A DNA stretch of 64,000 nucleotides from an uncultured delta proteobacterium (GCA_963832165.1 CAWHTE010000004.1:416001-480000), one strand, 5' to 3'. Counted from the stretch's first letter, positions 17,255-25,919 are shown. Made by a program: numbers and translations. The notes: generated from the letters alone by a model not told the origin.

Positions 17255-18193
17255 ATGGGCATCCTCGAGGGCAAGGCCGCCATCGTGACGGGCGGCGGGC
17301 GCGGCGTCGGCCGCGGCGAGTGTCTCCACCTGGCGGCGCAGGGCGCGGGCGTGGTGGTGAACGACGTCGACAGCGAAGAAGCGCTGAAGGTCGTGGGCGA
17401 GATCCGCGGCGCGGGCGGCCGCGCCGTCGCGAGCAGCGCCGACATCGGTACGCGCAAGGGCGCGCAGGAGCTCGTCACCCAGTGCGTCGACGAGTTCGGC
17501 GGGATCCACGCCGTGGTGAACAACGCGGGCATCGTGCGCGACAAGAGCTTCCTCAAGATGACCGACGAGGAGTGGGAGCTCGTGCTGCGGATCCACGCGG
17601 GCGGCACGTTCTGGTGCGCGCAGGAGGGCGCGCTGCGCATGCGCGACCAGGGGACCGGCGGCGCGATCGTGAACACGGTGTCGGCGGCGCAGATGGGCAA
17701 CTTCGGCCAGACCAACTACGGCGCCGCGAAGGGCGCGATCGCGTCGATGACCTACACGTGGGCGAACGAGCTCGCCCGCTACGGGATCCGCGTGAACGCG
17801 ATCAGCCCGATGGCCACGACGCGCATGTCGGCCACGTTCAAGGGCGCCGATGGCAAGCCGGCCGCCGATGCGCCGTTCTTCGATCCCAACCTGAACGGGC
17901 CGTTCGTCGCGTATCTGTGCAGCGACGAAGCGAGCTGGATCACGGGGCAGGTGTTCGGCACCGGCGCCGAGCGCGTGGTGATCATGAAGCACCCCACGTA
18001 CGACACGGGCATGTTCCAGCCGGGCGGGTGGGACGTCGAGTCGCTGCGCGATCACATGCCGAAATTCTGGAAGGGCCGGCTCGAGCCCGTGGGTCTGTAC
18101 AAGAAGCCCTATCCCTATTACGACGGTGTGAAGTCGGACGCAAGTTTCGCGCAGCGAGCCGAAGGCGAGCGAAGTCCATCAGGTGGGAGCTAG
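17255..18193 (+). CDS. SDR-family NAD(P)-dependent oxidoreductase
   Basis: TGGGRGVG, NNAG, YGAAK; C-terminus extended by the REP-like element. Confidence 0.93.
   Translation: MGILEGKAAIVTGGGRGVGRGECLHLAAQGAGVVVNDVDSEEALKVVGEIRGAGGRAVASSADIGTRKGAQELVTQCVDEFGGIHAVVNNAGIVRDKSFLKMTDEEWELVLRIHAGGTFWCAQEGALRMRDQGTGGAIVNTVSAAQMGNFGQTNYGAAKGAIASMTYTWANELARYGIRVNAISPMATTRMSATFKGADGKPAADAPFFDPNLNGPFVAYLCSDEASWITGQVFGTGAERVVIMKHPTYDTGMFQPGGWDVESLRDHMPKFWKGRLEPVGLYKKPYPYYDGVKSDASFAQRAEGERSPSGGS
18148..18186 (+). repeat. REP-like element, copy 2 (translated as AQRAEGERSPSG at the SDR C-terminus)
   Basis: cgcgcagcgagccgaaggcgagcgaagtccatcaggtgg, 36/39 identical to the reverse complement of 8401-8439. Confidence 0.85.
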
Positions 18194-18196
18194 TCG

Positions 18197-18997
18197 ATGG
18201 CATTCACCACGCTGCTCTATGAGAAGGCCGACGGAGTCGCCACGCTCACCCTGAACCGCCCCGAGCGCCACAACGCGTTCAACACCGCGATGGCGCACGA
18301 GCTTCACGACGCGTGGACGCAGATCAAGGCCGATCCCGAAGTGGTATGCGTGATCGTCACGGGTGCGGGCGACAAGGCGTTCTGCACCGGGTTCGACGTG
18401 GCCGAGGTCGCGTCGGGGGGCACGGCGGGAGCGCCCGATCTCCCGTACGAGGAATCGCCGCTGATCAAGCTCACGGCGATCCACAACCGCTGCTGGAAGC
18501 CCGTGATCACGGCCGTGAACGGCATGGTGAACGGCGGCGGGCTGCACTTCCTCGCCGACAGCGACCTGATCCTGGCGGCCGAGCACGCCACGTTCTTCGA
18601 CACGCACGTGAAGGTCGGCCTGCTCTCTGCGCTCGAGCCGGTGGGCCTCGCGCGGCGGATTCCGCTCGAGGCGGTGCTGCGCATGTCGCTCCTGGGCGGG
18701 TCCGAGCGCATGACGTCGGCCGAGGCGAAGCAGCTCGGGCTGGTCGGAGAGGTGCTGCCGCTGCCGGATCTCCTGCCGCGCGCGCGCGAGCTCGCCGCGA
18801 AGATCGCGCAGCACTCGCCCTCGGCACTCGCGCGCACCAAGCGCGTGATCTGGGAGAGCCTCGACCGCGGTCTGCACGATGGCCTGCGGAACGCGTGGAG
18901 CATCATCGCCGAGCACACGAAGGGGCCCGACACGAGAGAGGGCGCAACCGCGTTCGTGGAGAAACGGAAGCCGCGCTGGGCGCCGTACACGGAGTAG
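18197..18997 (+). CDS. Enoyl-CoA hydratase/isomerase family protein
   Basis: TLNRPERHNA, AFCTGFD, KPVITAVNG..GGG, EGATAFVEKRKP. Confidence 0.92.
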   Translation: MAFTTLLYEKADGVATLTLNRPERHNAFNTAMAHELHDAWTQIKADPEVVCVIVTGAGDKAFCTGFDVAEVASGGTAGAPDLPYEESPLIKLTAIHNRCWKPVITAVNGMVNGGGLHFLADSDLILAAEHATFFDTHVKVGLLSALEPVGLARRIPLEAVLRMSLLGGSERMTSAEAKQLGLVGEVLPLPDLLPRARELAAKIAQHSPSALARTKRVIWESLDRGLHDGLRNAWSIIAEHTKGPDTREGATAFVEKRKPRWAPYTE

Positions 18998-19001
18998 CGC
19001 G

Positions 19002-19751
19002 GTGTACGAGACGATTCTCTACGCGGTCGAAGATCGGATCGCGACGATCACGCTGAACCGGCCCGAGAAGCGCAACGCCTACGTGCCGCAGATGGGCGAG
19101 GACGTGGTGGCCGCATTCCGCGCAGCGCGCGAGGACGATGGGGTACGCGCCGTGATCCTGACCGGCGCGGGACAGGGCTTCTGTGCCGGCGTCGATCTCG
19201 ACGCGCTCAAGGCGATGCAGGCAGGTCAGAGCACGGGGAAGGGGCCGAAGCTCGGCGAAGAGGCGTTCGTGACGAGCTTCCCGCTCGAGCTGCTCTCCTA
19301 CCCGAAGCCCGTGATCGCCGCGATCAACGGCGCCGCGATCGGTGTGGGCGTGACGATGGTGCTCCCGTGCGACATCCGGATCGCGTCCGAGCGCGCGAAG
19401 CTCGGCGTCCCGTTCACGAAGCTCGGGATCCTGCCCGGGCTCGGCAGCAGCTACCTGCTCTCGAAGCTGGTCGGGCTCGGCCGCGCGCAGGAGCTCGTGC
19501 TCACCTCGCGCGTGATCGAGGCCCCCGAGGCGCTCGCGATCGGCCTCGTGAGCCGGGTGGTATCCGGCGACGCGCTGATCGCGACCGCGCGTGAGATCGC
19601 GCAGCAGACGATCGCGTGCGATCCGGATGCGCTCGCGGTCGCGAAGCAGACGCTGCACGCGAGCGCGACCGTCGCGATGGCCGAGGCGATGAAGAACGAG
19701 CGCGCCGCGAACGCGGAGCTGCGCGAGCGCAAGGCGAAGCGCAACGGTTAG
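19002..19751 (+). CDS. Enoyl-CoA hydratase/isomerase family protein
   Basis: TLNRPEKRNA, FCAGVDL, KPVIAAINGAAIGVG, CDIRIAS. Confidence 0.92.
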   Translation: MYETILYAVEDRIATITLNRPEKRNAYVPQMGEDVVAAFRAAREDDGVRAVILTGAGQGFCAGVDLDALKAMQAGQSTGKGPKLGEEAFVTSFPLELLSYPKPVIAAINGAAIGVGVTMVLPCDIRIASERAKLGVPFTKLGILPGLGSSYLLSKLVGLGRAQELVLTSRVIEAPEALAIGLVSRVVSGDALIATAREIAQQTIACDPDALAVAKQTLHASATVAMAEAMKNERAANAELRERKAKRNG

Positions 19752-20772
19752 GCGCTCGATGATTCACTACTGCAGATTGCTGCTCGCGTTCGTTCTGGTT
19801 GCCGCGTCGGCGAGTCCGGTCGGATCGGTGGAGATCGATTGGGTGGCGATCTCGCATCCGGGCAACCCCGCCGATGACACGGGCTTCGGTGCGGTGCCCG
19901 ACACGTTCCTGATCGGCAGAACCGAGGTGACGGTCGCCCAGTACACGGACTTCCTGAACGCCGTGGCGGACAGCGACCCGGGCCAGTTGTGGGACTTCGC
20001 GGTCGGTGTCACGCGCACAGGGAGCGACGGGGGCTACCAGTACTCGGTGCCCGCTGGGAAGGGCGCCCGTCCGATCGCGAACATCAGCTTCTGGAGGGCT
20101 GCTCGCTTCGCCAACTGGCTCCACAACGGCGAGCCGACGGGTCCGCAGAACAATGCGACCACGGAGGACGGCGCCTACACGCTCACGCCCACGGGCATCT
20201 CGGAGAACAGCGTCACGCGCAACCCGGGCGCCGGGTACTGGGTTCCGAGCCACGACGAGTGGTACAAGGCGGCCTACTACAACGGCCCCCAGAGCATCTA
20301 CTACGACTATCCGGCGAGCTCCGACGCGGTGACCTCATGCTCGACCGTCACCTCCGCTCCGAACAGCGCCAACTGCGACTTCCACTACTTCGAAGGAGTG
20401 GACGTGGCCAGCTACACGGGCTCGCCGAGCCCCAATGGCACCTTCGACCAGGGCGGAAACCTGGAGGAGTGGACCGACACGATCCTCGACGTGGATTTGA
20501 GAGTGCTTCGCGGTGGAGCCTTCGCCGGCGATGCCGAGTCGTTCCTCGCCGCCGACGCCCCCAGCTACGGGGTGCCTCAGCAGACCGGCACCAACGTCGG
20601 ATTCCGCGTCGCGGCGCAGCTTCCGGAGCCGTCCTTGGCCGTGCTGCTGTCGGCCGGCACAGCGGCAGTCGCAGCGCTGCGCCGGCGCAGGGTCCGGCAC
20701 CGAGGCAAGATCGATGACGAGCGCGCCGCGGACGCCGAGCTGCGGGAGCTCAAGGCGCCGCGGAAGGGGTAG
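19696..20772 (+). repeat. 56-bp imperfect direct repeat (19696-19751 and 20717-20772) flanking the FGE/PEP-CTERM gene
   Basis: 47/56 nt identical by hand alignment; both copies end in TAG and encode ERAA(N/D)AELRE(R/L)KA(K/P)R(N/K)G*. Confidence 0.85.
19759..20772 (+). CDS. Secreted FGE-sulfatase-fold (SUMF1/EgtB/PvdO-like) protein with PEP-CTERM sorting signal
   Basis: Signal peptide; IGRTEVTVAQY..FLN, AARFANWLHNG, EWYKAAYY, DQGGNLEEW, GFRVA; LPEPS + TM + RRRR. Confidence 0.88.
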   Translation: MIHYCRLLLAFVLVAASASPVGSVEIDWVAISHPGNPADDTGFGAVPDTFLIGRTEVTVAQYTDFLNAVADSDPGQLWDFAVGVTRTGSDGGYQYSVPAGKGARPIANISFWRAARFANWLHNGEPTGPQNNATTEDGAYTLTPTGISENSVTRNPGAGYWVPSHDEWYKAAYYNGPQSIYYDYPASSDAVTSCSTVTSAPNSANCDFHYFEGVDVASYTGSPSPNGTFDQGGNLEEWTDTILDVDLRVLRGGAFAGDAESFLAADAPSYGVPQQTGTNVGFRVAAQLPEPSLAVLLSAGTAAVAALRRRRVRHRGKIDDERAADAELRELKAPRKG

Positions 20773-20798
20773 GGAGGGGCGGAAGCGGCTGATCTCCG

Positions 20799-21461
20799 TC
20801 AGCCCCGGCGCCGCGGAGTGCAGGCCAGCAACGCGAGTCCAGCCGCAATCAGCGGCAGCGAGCCGGGCTCGGGCAGAGCGGTGACGTTGTCGACGCCCAG
20901 CGTCGCGATCACCGCGTTCGACTGGCCCGGCGTACTGATCGGATCGGGGTCGTGGCGCAGCAGCACGCGCGTGACGCCGGCGAGCGTCTGCGCGAGCGTG
21001 CCTGGGCAGTCCTGGGTACAGGTGAGGTCCGCTTCACCGAGCCCGAACTCGACCCACGTCCACCCGCTGCCGGCATCGAGCGCGAACTCGTTAGTCGTGA
21101 CGAACGTTCCTCCCGGGCCGAAGAGCGCGATCCGCAGTGCGACTAGTTCGGGTCCGTAGTTGTTCAGATCGAATCCGACCGCGAGCACCTCGGCCGCGAC
21201 GTAGTTTCCCGTCCACTGGGTCCTGTTGTTCGTGCCCAGAACGGGCACGGTGCCCAGAGGACCTTGTTGCGCCGTGAGCTTCAGGTAGCGGTCCCCCGCG
21301 CCGTCGGGCCCGCCGTCTGCGATGTTCGTCGGATCCGAGCCTCCGATCCAGTTCTGGGTGGTTCCATCCTGAAAATCGTCCATCTGCCCCTGGACGATGG
21401 CGGTGGCCGGTGAACCGGCCAGGATCCAGACGGAATAGAGCGAGATCAGCCGTTTGCGCAT
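20799..21461 (-). CDS. Secreted PEP-CTERM protein of unknown function
   Basis: Signal peptide MRKRLIS..SPATA; DDFQDGTTQNW..DGGPDGAGDRYL; C-terminal LPEPGS + TM + RRRG. Confidence 0.85.
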   Translation of the reverse strand: MRKRLISLYSVWILAGSPATAIVQGQMDDFQDGTTQNWIGGSDPTNIADGGPDGAGDRYLKLTAQQGPLGTVPVLGTNNRTQWTGNYVAAEVLAVGFDLNNYGPELVALRIALFGPGGTFVTTNEFALDAGSGWTWVEFGLGEADLTCTQDCPGTLAQTLAGVTRVLLRHDPDPISTPGQSNAVIATLGVDNVTALPEPGSLPLIAAGLALLACTPRRRG

Positions 21462-21549
21462 CGCGGTATGCCATCCTACGACCCCGCAGCTGGCTCTATC
21501 AAGCTCGGTCGTCCGAGAGCGAGCCGCGATGCCGTAGCACGGAGTACCC

Positions 21550-22791
21550 ATGGACTTCACGATCCCCGACGAAATCCGGCGCAAGCTCGACGAGCTCGAC
21601 GAGTTCATCGAGCGCGAGATCGCGCCGCTCGAGCGCGAGCACATCCAGTACTTCGACCATCGCCGCGAGCACGCGCGCACGGACTGGGACAACGGCGGCC
21701 GACCGCGCCGGGAGTGGGAACAGCTCCTGCGCGAGATGCGCAGGCGCGCCGATGCTGCGGGCCACCTGCGCTACGGGCTGCCCAAGGAGCTGGGCGGGCA
21801 GGGCGGCTCGAACCTCGCGATGGCGATCATCCGCGAGCACCTCGCCGCCAAGGGCCTCGGGCTGCACAACGATCTCCAGAATGAGTCGTCGATCGTCGGC
21901 AACTACCCGGGCGTGATCATGATGCAGCGCTTCGGTCGCCCCGAGCAGAAGGAAGAGTTCCTCGAGGGCATGATCACGGGCACGCACCGCGTGGGCTTCG
22001 GGCTCACCGAGCCCGATCACGGCAGCGACGCCACCTGGCTCGAGACGCGCGCGGAACGCACGAGCGACGGCTGGGTGATCAACGGCAAGAAGCGCTTCAA
22101 CTCGGGCCTGCACAGCGCGAACTGGGACATGATCTTCGCGCGCACGAGCGGTGCGCCCGGCGAGGCCGAGGGGATCACGTGCTTGCTCGTGCCGACCGAT
22201 GCGCCGGGCTTCAGCGTCGACTTCATGTGGTGGACGTTCAACATGCCGAGCGATCACGCCGAGGTGTCGCTCGTCGATGTGCGCGTGCCCGAGAGCGCGG
22301 TGTTCGGCGAGGTGGGGCGCGGGCTCGCGCTCGCGAACACGTTCGTGCACGAGAACCGGATCCGGCAGGCGGCGTCGGGCGTGGGGGCGGCCCAGTACTG
22401 CATCGACGAGAGCGTGCGCTATGCGAAGGAGCGCATCGTGTTCGGCAAGCCGCTCTGGCACAACCAGGCGATCCAGTTTCCGCTCGCCGAGCTCCAGACC
22501 GAGTGCGAGATGGTGCGCCAGCTCGTCTACAAGACGGCATGGCAGCTCGACCGCGGTCACGCGATGGACGTGACGGACAAGGTGTCGATGTGCAACTACC
22601 GCGCGAATCGGCTCGTGTGCGAGGCAGCCGATCAGGCGATCCAGACGCACGGCGGCATCGGATACACGCGCCACAAGCCGTTCGAGCACATCTACCGCCA
22701 CCACCGGCGCTATCGGATCACCGAGGGGTCCGAGGAGATCCAGATCCGCCGCGTCGCGGGCGTGATGTTCGGAAAGCGGGCGAAGCGCTAG
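21550..22791 (+). CDS. Acyl-CoA dehydrogenase
   Basis: FGLTEPDHGSDA, INGKKRFNS, NQAIQFPLAE, IQTHGGIG, RITEGSEEIQ. Confidence 0.93.
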   Translation: MDFTIPDEIRRKLDELDEFIEREIAPLEREHIQYFDHRREHARTDWDNGGRPRREWEQLLREMRRRADAAGHLRYGLPKELGGQGGSNLAMAIIREHLAAKGLGLHNDLQNESSIVGNYPGVIMMQRFGRPEQKEEFLEGMITGTHRVGFGLTEPDHGSDATWLETRAERTSDGWVINGKKRFNSGLHSANWDMIFARTSGAPGEAEGITCLLVPTDAPGFSVDFMWWTFNMPSDHAEVSLVDVRVPESAVFGEVGRGLALANTFVHENRIRQAASGVGAAQYCIDESVRYAKERIVFGKPLWHNQAIQFPLAELQTECEMVRQLVYKTAWQLDRGHAMDVTDKVSMCNYRANRLVCEAADQAIQTHGGIGYTRHKPFEHIYRHHRRYRITEGSEEIQIRRVAGVMFGKRAKR

Positions 22792-22795
22792 GCGC

Positions 22796-23626
22796 ATGCA
22801 GCTCGGCGTCGCCGTCCGCAGCATGGGTCCGCAATCGCAACCGGACACTCTGCTCGCGTGCGTGCGCGCGGCCGAGCAGGCAGGGCTCGCCGACGTCTGG
22901 GTGCAGGATCACATCGCGATCCCTCCCGACGATGCCGAGGGTTCGGGAGGCCGCTATCTCGATCCGCTCACGGCGCTGGCCTGGCTCGCAGGCCAGACGA
23001 CGCGGATCGGCCTCGGCACGGGCGTGCTCAACCTGCCGTACCGCCCCGCGCTTCCGACGGCGAAGGCGATCGCGACCGTGCAGGAGCTCTCCGCGGGTCG
23101 GTTCCGGCTCGGCGTAGGCGTGGGTTGGATGGAGGCCGAGTTTCGCGCGCTCGGCGTGCCGCGCGCCCAGCGCGGTCGCAGCGCAGACGAGACGCTCGCG
23201 TTCGTGCACGCGTGCTTCACGGGCGACGTGGTGAACGCGCACGGCCAGGACTTCCTGTTCCTGCCGCGGCCGCCGCGCCCGCCGATCTACGTGGGTGGAT
23301 CCGGCGATCACGCGCTGCGGCGCGTGGTCCGCTTCGGCGACGGCTGGATGCCGATGACAGGCGATCCCGCGAAGCTCGCTCCGGGTGTCGCGCGATTGCG
23401 CGAGCTCGCGGCCGAGGCCGGGCGCGCGATGCCCGAGGTGATCGCGTTCACGGGCTTCGATCCTCGCGAGCCCGGACGTGTGCCCGACCAGGTGGGCGCG
23501 CTCGCAGCGGCCGGCGCGACGCGGCTCGTCGCGGGCGCGCGCTATGCGACCGCCGACGAGTTCGCGCGCCACGTCGGGTTCCTGGCCGAGTGCGTGGTGC
23601 CCGCGCTGCCTCGGCGTCAGGGGTGA
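22796..23626 (+). CDS. LLM-class F420-dependent oxidoreductase
   Basis: VWVQDHI, YLDPLTALAWLA, LGTGVLNLPYR, GRFRLGVGVGW, PPIYVGG. Confidence 0.9.
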   Translation: MQLGVAVRSMGPQSQPDTLLACVRAAEQAGLADVWVQDHIAIPPDDAEGSGGRYLDPLTALAWLAGQTTRIGLGTGVLNLPYRPALPTAKAIATVQELSAGRFRLGVGVGWMEAEFRALGVPRAQRGRSADETLAFVHACFTGDVVNAHGQDFLFLPRPPRPPIYVGGSGDHALRRVVRFGDGWMPMTGDPAKLAPGVARLRELAAEAGRAMPEVIAFTGFDPREPGRVPDQVGALAAAGATRLVAGARYATADEFARHVGFLAECVVPALPRRQG

Positions 23627-23651
23627 GAATCAGCTAGCAGCACCCTCCGAA

Positions 23652-25307
23652 TCAGCCGCCGCGTTGCCCTCGGTGGCGATGGTCGTCGTCATCGGGGCCG
23701 CCTCGGGGCTGCTGCTGTTGCTGCCGTTGCTGCTGTCGGTGCTGCTGGTGCGCTGCGCGCGACCGTTCCTGCTCCTCCCGCACGCGCTGTCGCTCGGCAT
23801 CGTGCTGCTGGCGCGCTGCGCGCTCCTGCTCCTGCTGCTGGGCGCGCTCCTGCTGGTGGGCACGCTCCTGCTGCTGAGCGCGCTCCTGCTGCTGGGCGCG
23901 CTCCTGCTGGTGGGCACGCTCCTGCTGCTGGGCGCGCTTCTGCTGCTGGGCTGCGCGCTCCTGCTCTCCGCGCTGCTGTTCGCGAGCGCGCTCTTCGTGC
24001 CGGGCGCGCTCCTGCTCGCGCTGCGCACGCTCCTGTTCCTGGCGTGCGCGCTGCTCCTCGCGCTGCTGCGCTCGTTCCTGCTGAACGGCGCGCTCGTCCC
24101 GCTGGCGGGCTCGCTGCTCTTGCTGAGCGCGCTCCTGCTCGCGCTGCGCACCCTCTTGCTCCTGGCGTGCGCGCTGCTCCTCGCGCTGCTGCGCTCGCTC
24201 CTGCTGGACGGCGCGCTCGCGGTCGCGTGTCGCCGCGCGCTCCTGTTGCTCGCGGGCTCGCTGTTCCTGCTGGACCTGCTCGCGGTCCTGCTGCGGCCGC
24301 GCGCGCTCCCGCTCCTGCTGGACGGCGCGCTCGCGGTCCGAGCCGCCGTCGGGCTGGGTCGCCTGCTCAGGCTCGCGGGGTGCCGCGCGATCGCGACTGC
24401 GATCACGGCTGCGCTCCACATCCGGCGTGCGATCCGGCTCCACCGCGCGCTCGCGGCGCCGTGCGTCGCGCGGCTCCGCTTCCGGACGCGCATAGCGCGG
24501 CGAGGAGGCCGCGGTCTCCACCACGCGCACCTGCCCGCGCTCGGCCCGGCTGGGATCCACGCGCAGCGCCTCTCTCGGATTCTCACGCAGCGCGTCGCGG
24601 CTCACGCGTTCGGTCGGAGCGACGCGCGGAACGCGATCGATCGACATCCGTTCGGGCCGGCGCTCCGCAACGCGCTCGATGCGCTGGACGTCGAGGCCGC
24701 GATTCACGACAACGTTGTTGTCGATCGAGATGTTGTTGATGATGGTGGTCTCGTTGTAGACGACCTGCGTTCGCGAGCGCGGCAATGAATAACGGCGGAG
24801 GTCGCGGTCGCAGAAACGGCTCTCGGGCACGAACACGAAGTAGTCGGGCTCGTAGTAGTCGTGGTAGGCGAACGACACGCCGATCGAGAAGCTCGGCGGC
24901 ACGGGCGCCCAGCCGATGTAGCTCGGCCCGGTGCGATACACGACCCACGCGGGCGCCCAGACGTAGCCGGGCACCCAGACCCAGCCGAGGCCCGGCTCGA
25001 TCACCCACGTTCCGTAGTGGAACGGAATCGCGCCCCACTGGTAGGTGGAGACCCAGGTCCATCCGAAATCGGTGTAGACCCAGTGTCCATACGAATACGG
25101 GTGCCAGTGCTGCACCTCGATATGGGGCTGCCAGACCTGGCCGAATCGGGCCGACATATGCCACCCGCCGTGCGGGCTCAGGCTGGAGTGGAAGAACTCG
25201 AAGGAGACCTCGCTGAACGCGGCCGATGGAGTGGCCCAGGCGAATACGGCCAACAACCCGATCGCCGCGATCGCGGTGCGGAATTTCTTGGACAGCATGG
25301 AATGCAC
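23652..25307 (-). CDS. Secreted DUF6600-type protein with long Q/E/R/A low-complexity tail
   Basis: Signal peptide; LSPHGGW..WHPYSYGHWVYTDFGWTWVS..WGAIPFHYGTW..WVWVPG..WAPAWV..IGWAP. Confidence 0.85.
   Translation of the reverse strand: MHSMLSKKFRTAIAAIGLLAVFAWATPSAAFSEVSFEFFHSSLSPHGGWHMSARFGQVWQPHIEVQHWHPYSYGHWVYTDFGWTWVSTYQWGAIPFHYGTWVIEPGLGWVWVPGYVWAPAWVVYRTGPSYIGWAPVPPSFSIGVSFAYHDYYEPDYFVFVPESRFCDRDLRRYSLPRSRTQVVYNETTIINNISIDNNVVVNRGLDVQRIERVAERRPERMSIDRVPRVAPTERVSRDALRENPREALRVDPSRAERGQVRVVETAASSPRYARPEAEPRDARRRERAVEPDRTPDVERSRDRSRDRAAPREPEQATQPDGGSDRERAVQQERERARPQQDREQVQQEQRAREQQERAATRDRERAVQQERAQQREEQRARQEQEGAQREQERAQQEQRARQRDERAVQQERAQQREEQRARQEQERAQREQERARHEERAREQQRGEQERAAQQQKRAQQQERAHQQERAQQQERAQQQERAHQQERAQQQEQERAARQQHDAERQRVREEQERSRAAHQQHRQQQRQQQQQPRGGPDDDDHRHRGQRGG
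23700..24340 (-). repeat. Intragenic tandem repeats encoding (Q/H)QERAQ-like units
   Basis: Repeated cagcaggagcgcgc units; the block ERAVQQERAQQREEQRARQEQE occurs twice. Confidence 0.9.
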
Positions 25308-25332
25308 TCCTCCCCGGATTCACCCCTGACGG

Positions 25333-25348
25333 AGCAAGCCATGTGCCC
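25333..25348 (-). promoter_or_regulatory. Sigma-54 promoter for the DUF6600 gene
   Basis: Minus strand GGGCACATGGCTTGCT (GG-N10-GC), followed by a GGAGGAG RBS. Confidence 0.65.
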
Positions 25349-25406
25349 ATTCAGCCCGCGGCGCGCACGCGCCAGGAGCCAGAGGCAGCCTTCCCGATTG
25401 AACGAT

Positions 25407-25919
25407 TTACAATCGGGCTGCGGCGTCGAGCGCTAAATAGACATCCAGCGCGCGCGGGCCGTGGGCGCCGATCACGAGCGCCTGCTCGATGTCGGCGGTC
25501 TTGGATGGGCCCGCGACGAAGCAGCCGTAGTGCGCCGCGGCGGGGTCGATCCGCGCATAGGCACTGTGCAGATCGTCCACGAGCGCGGCCCGCGCGACCA
25601 CGAGGATCACACGGTCGGCCAGGAACGCGGCGCGGCGCTCGGCCTCGTCGCGCGGCACCCACCACACCGCACCGCTCTCGGCGACCGCGGGCCCACCCGC
25701 GAGCACGACCGTATCCGGCTCCGCGCCCGCGAGCGCGCGGTCGAGGGCAGCGCGATCGGCGAACGTCGTGAGTGCGCCGCCGGCTGCGCGCACGGCCTCC
25801 GCGAATGCCGCGACGGGATCGCCGAACGACACGGGAGTGCCCGCGAAGCCGTCGATCGGATCGGGCTCCGATCGCGTTGCCGCGAGGGCGGCGAGGATCT
25901 GGTCGCGGCTACTGCTCAC
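25407..25919 (-). CDS. lutC: Lactate utilization protein C (LUD domain)
   Basis: AVAESGAVW, FVAGPSKTADIEQALVIGAHGP. Confidence 0.9.
   Translation of the reverse strand: MSSSRDQILAALAATRSEPDPIDGFAGTPVSFGDPVAAFAEAVRAAGGALTTFADRAALDRALAGAEPDTVVLAGGPAVAESGAVWWVPRDEAERRAAFLADRVILVVARAALVDDLHSAYARIDPAAAHYGCFVAGPSKTADIEQALVIGAHGPRALDVYLALDAAARL

Noticed and set aside
23700..24340. Possible CRISPR array or VNTR element
   Set aside because: Repeats are codon-phased, degenerate and lack unique spacers; no cas genes are present.
23478..24788. 436-aa Leu-rich 'membrane protein' on +
   Set aside because: It is the antisense reading of the CAG/GAG repeats of the DUF6600 gene (CTG/CTC = Leu).
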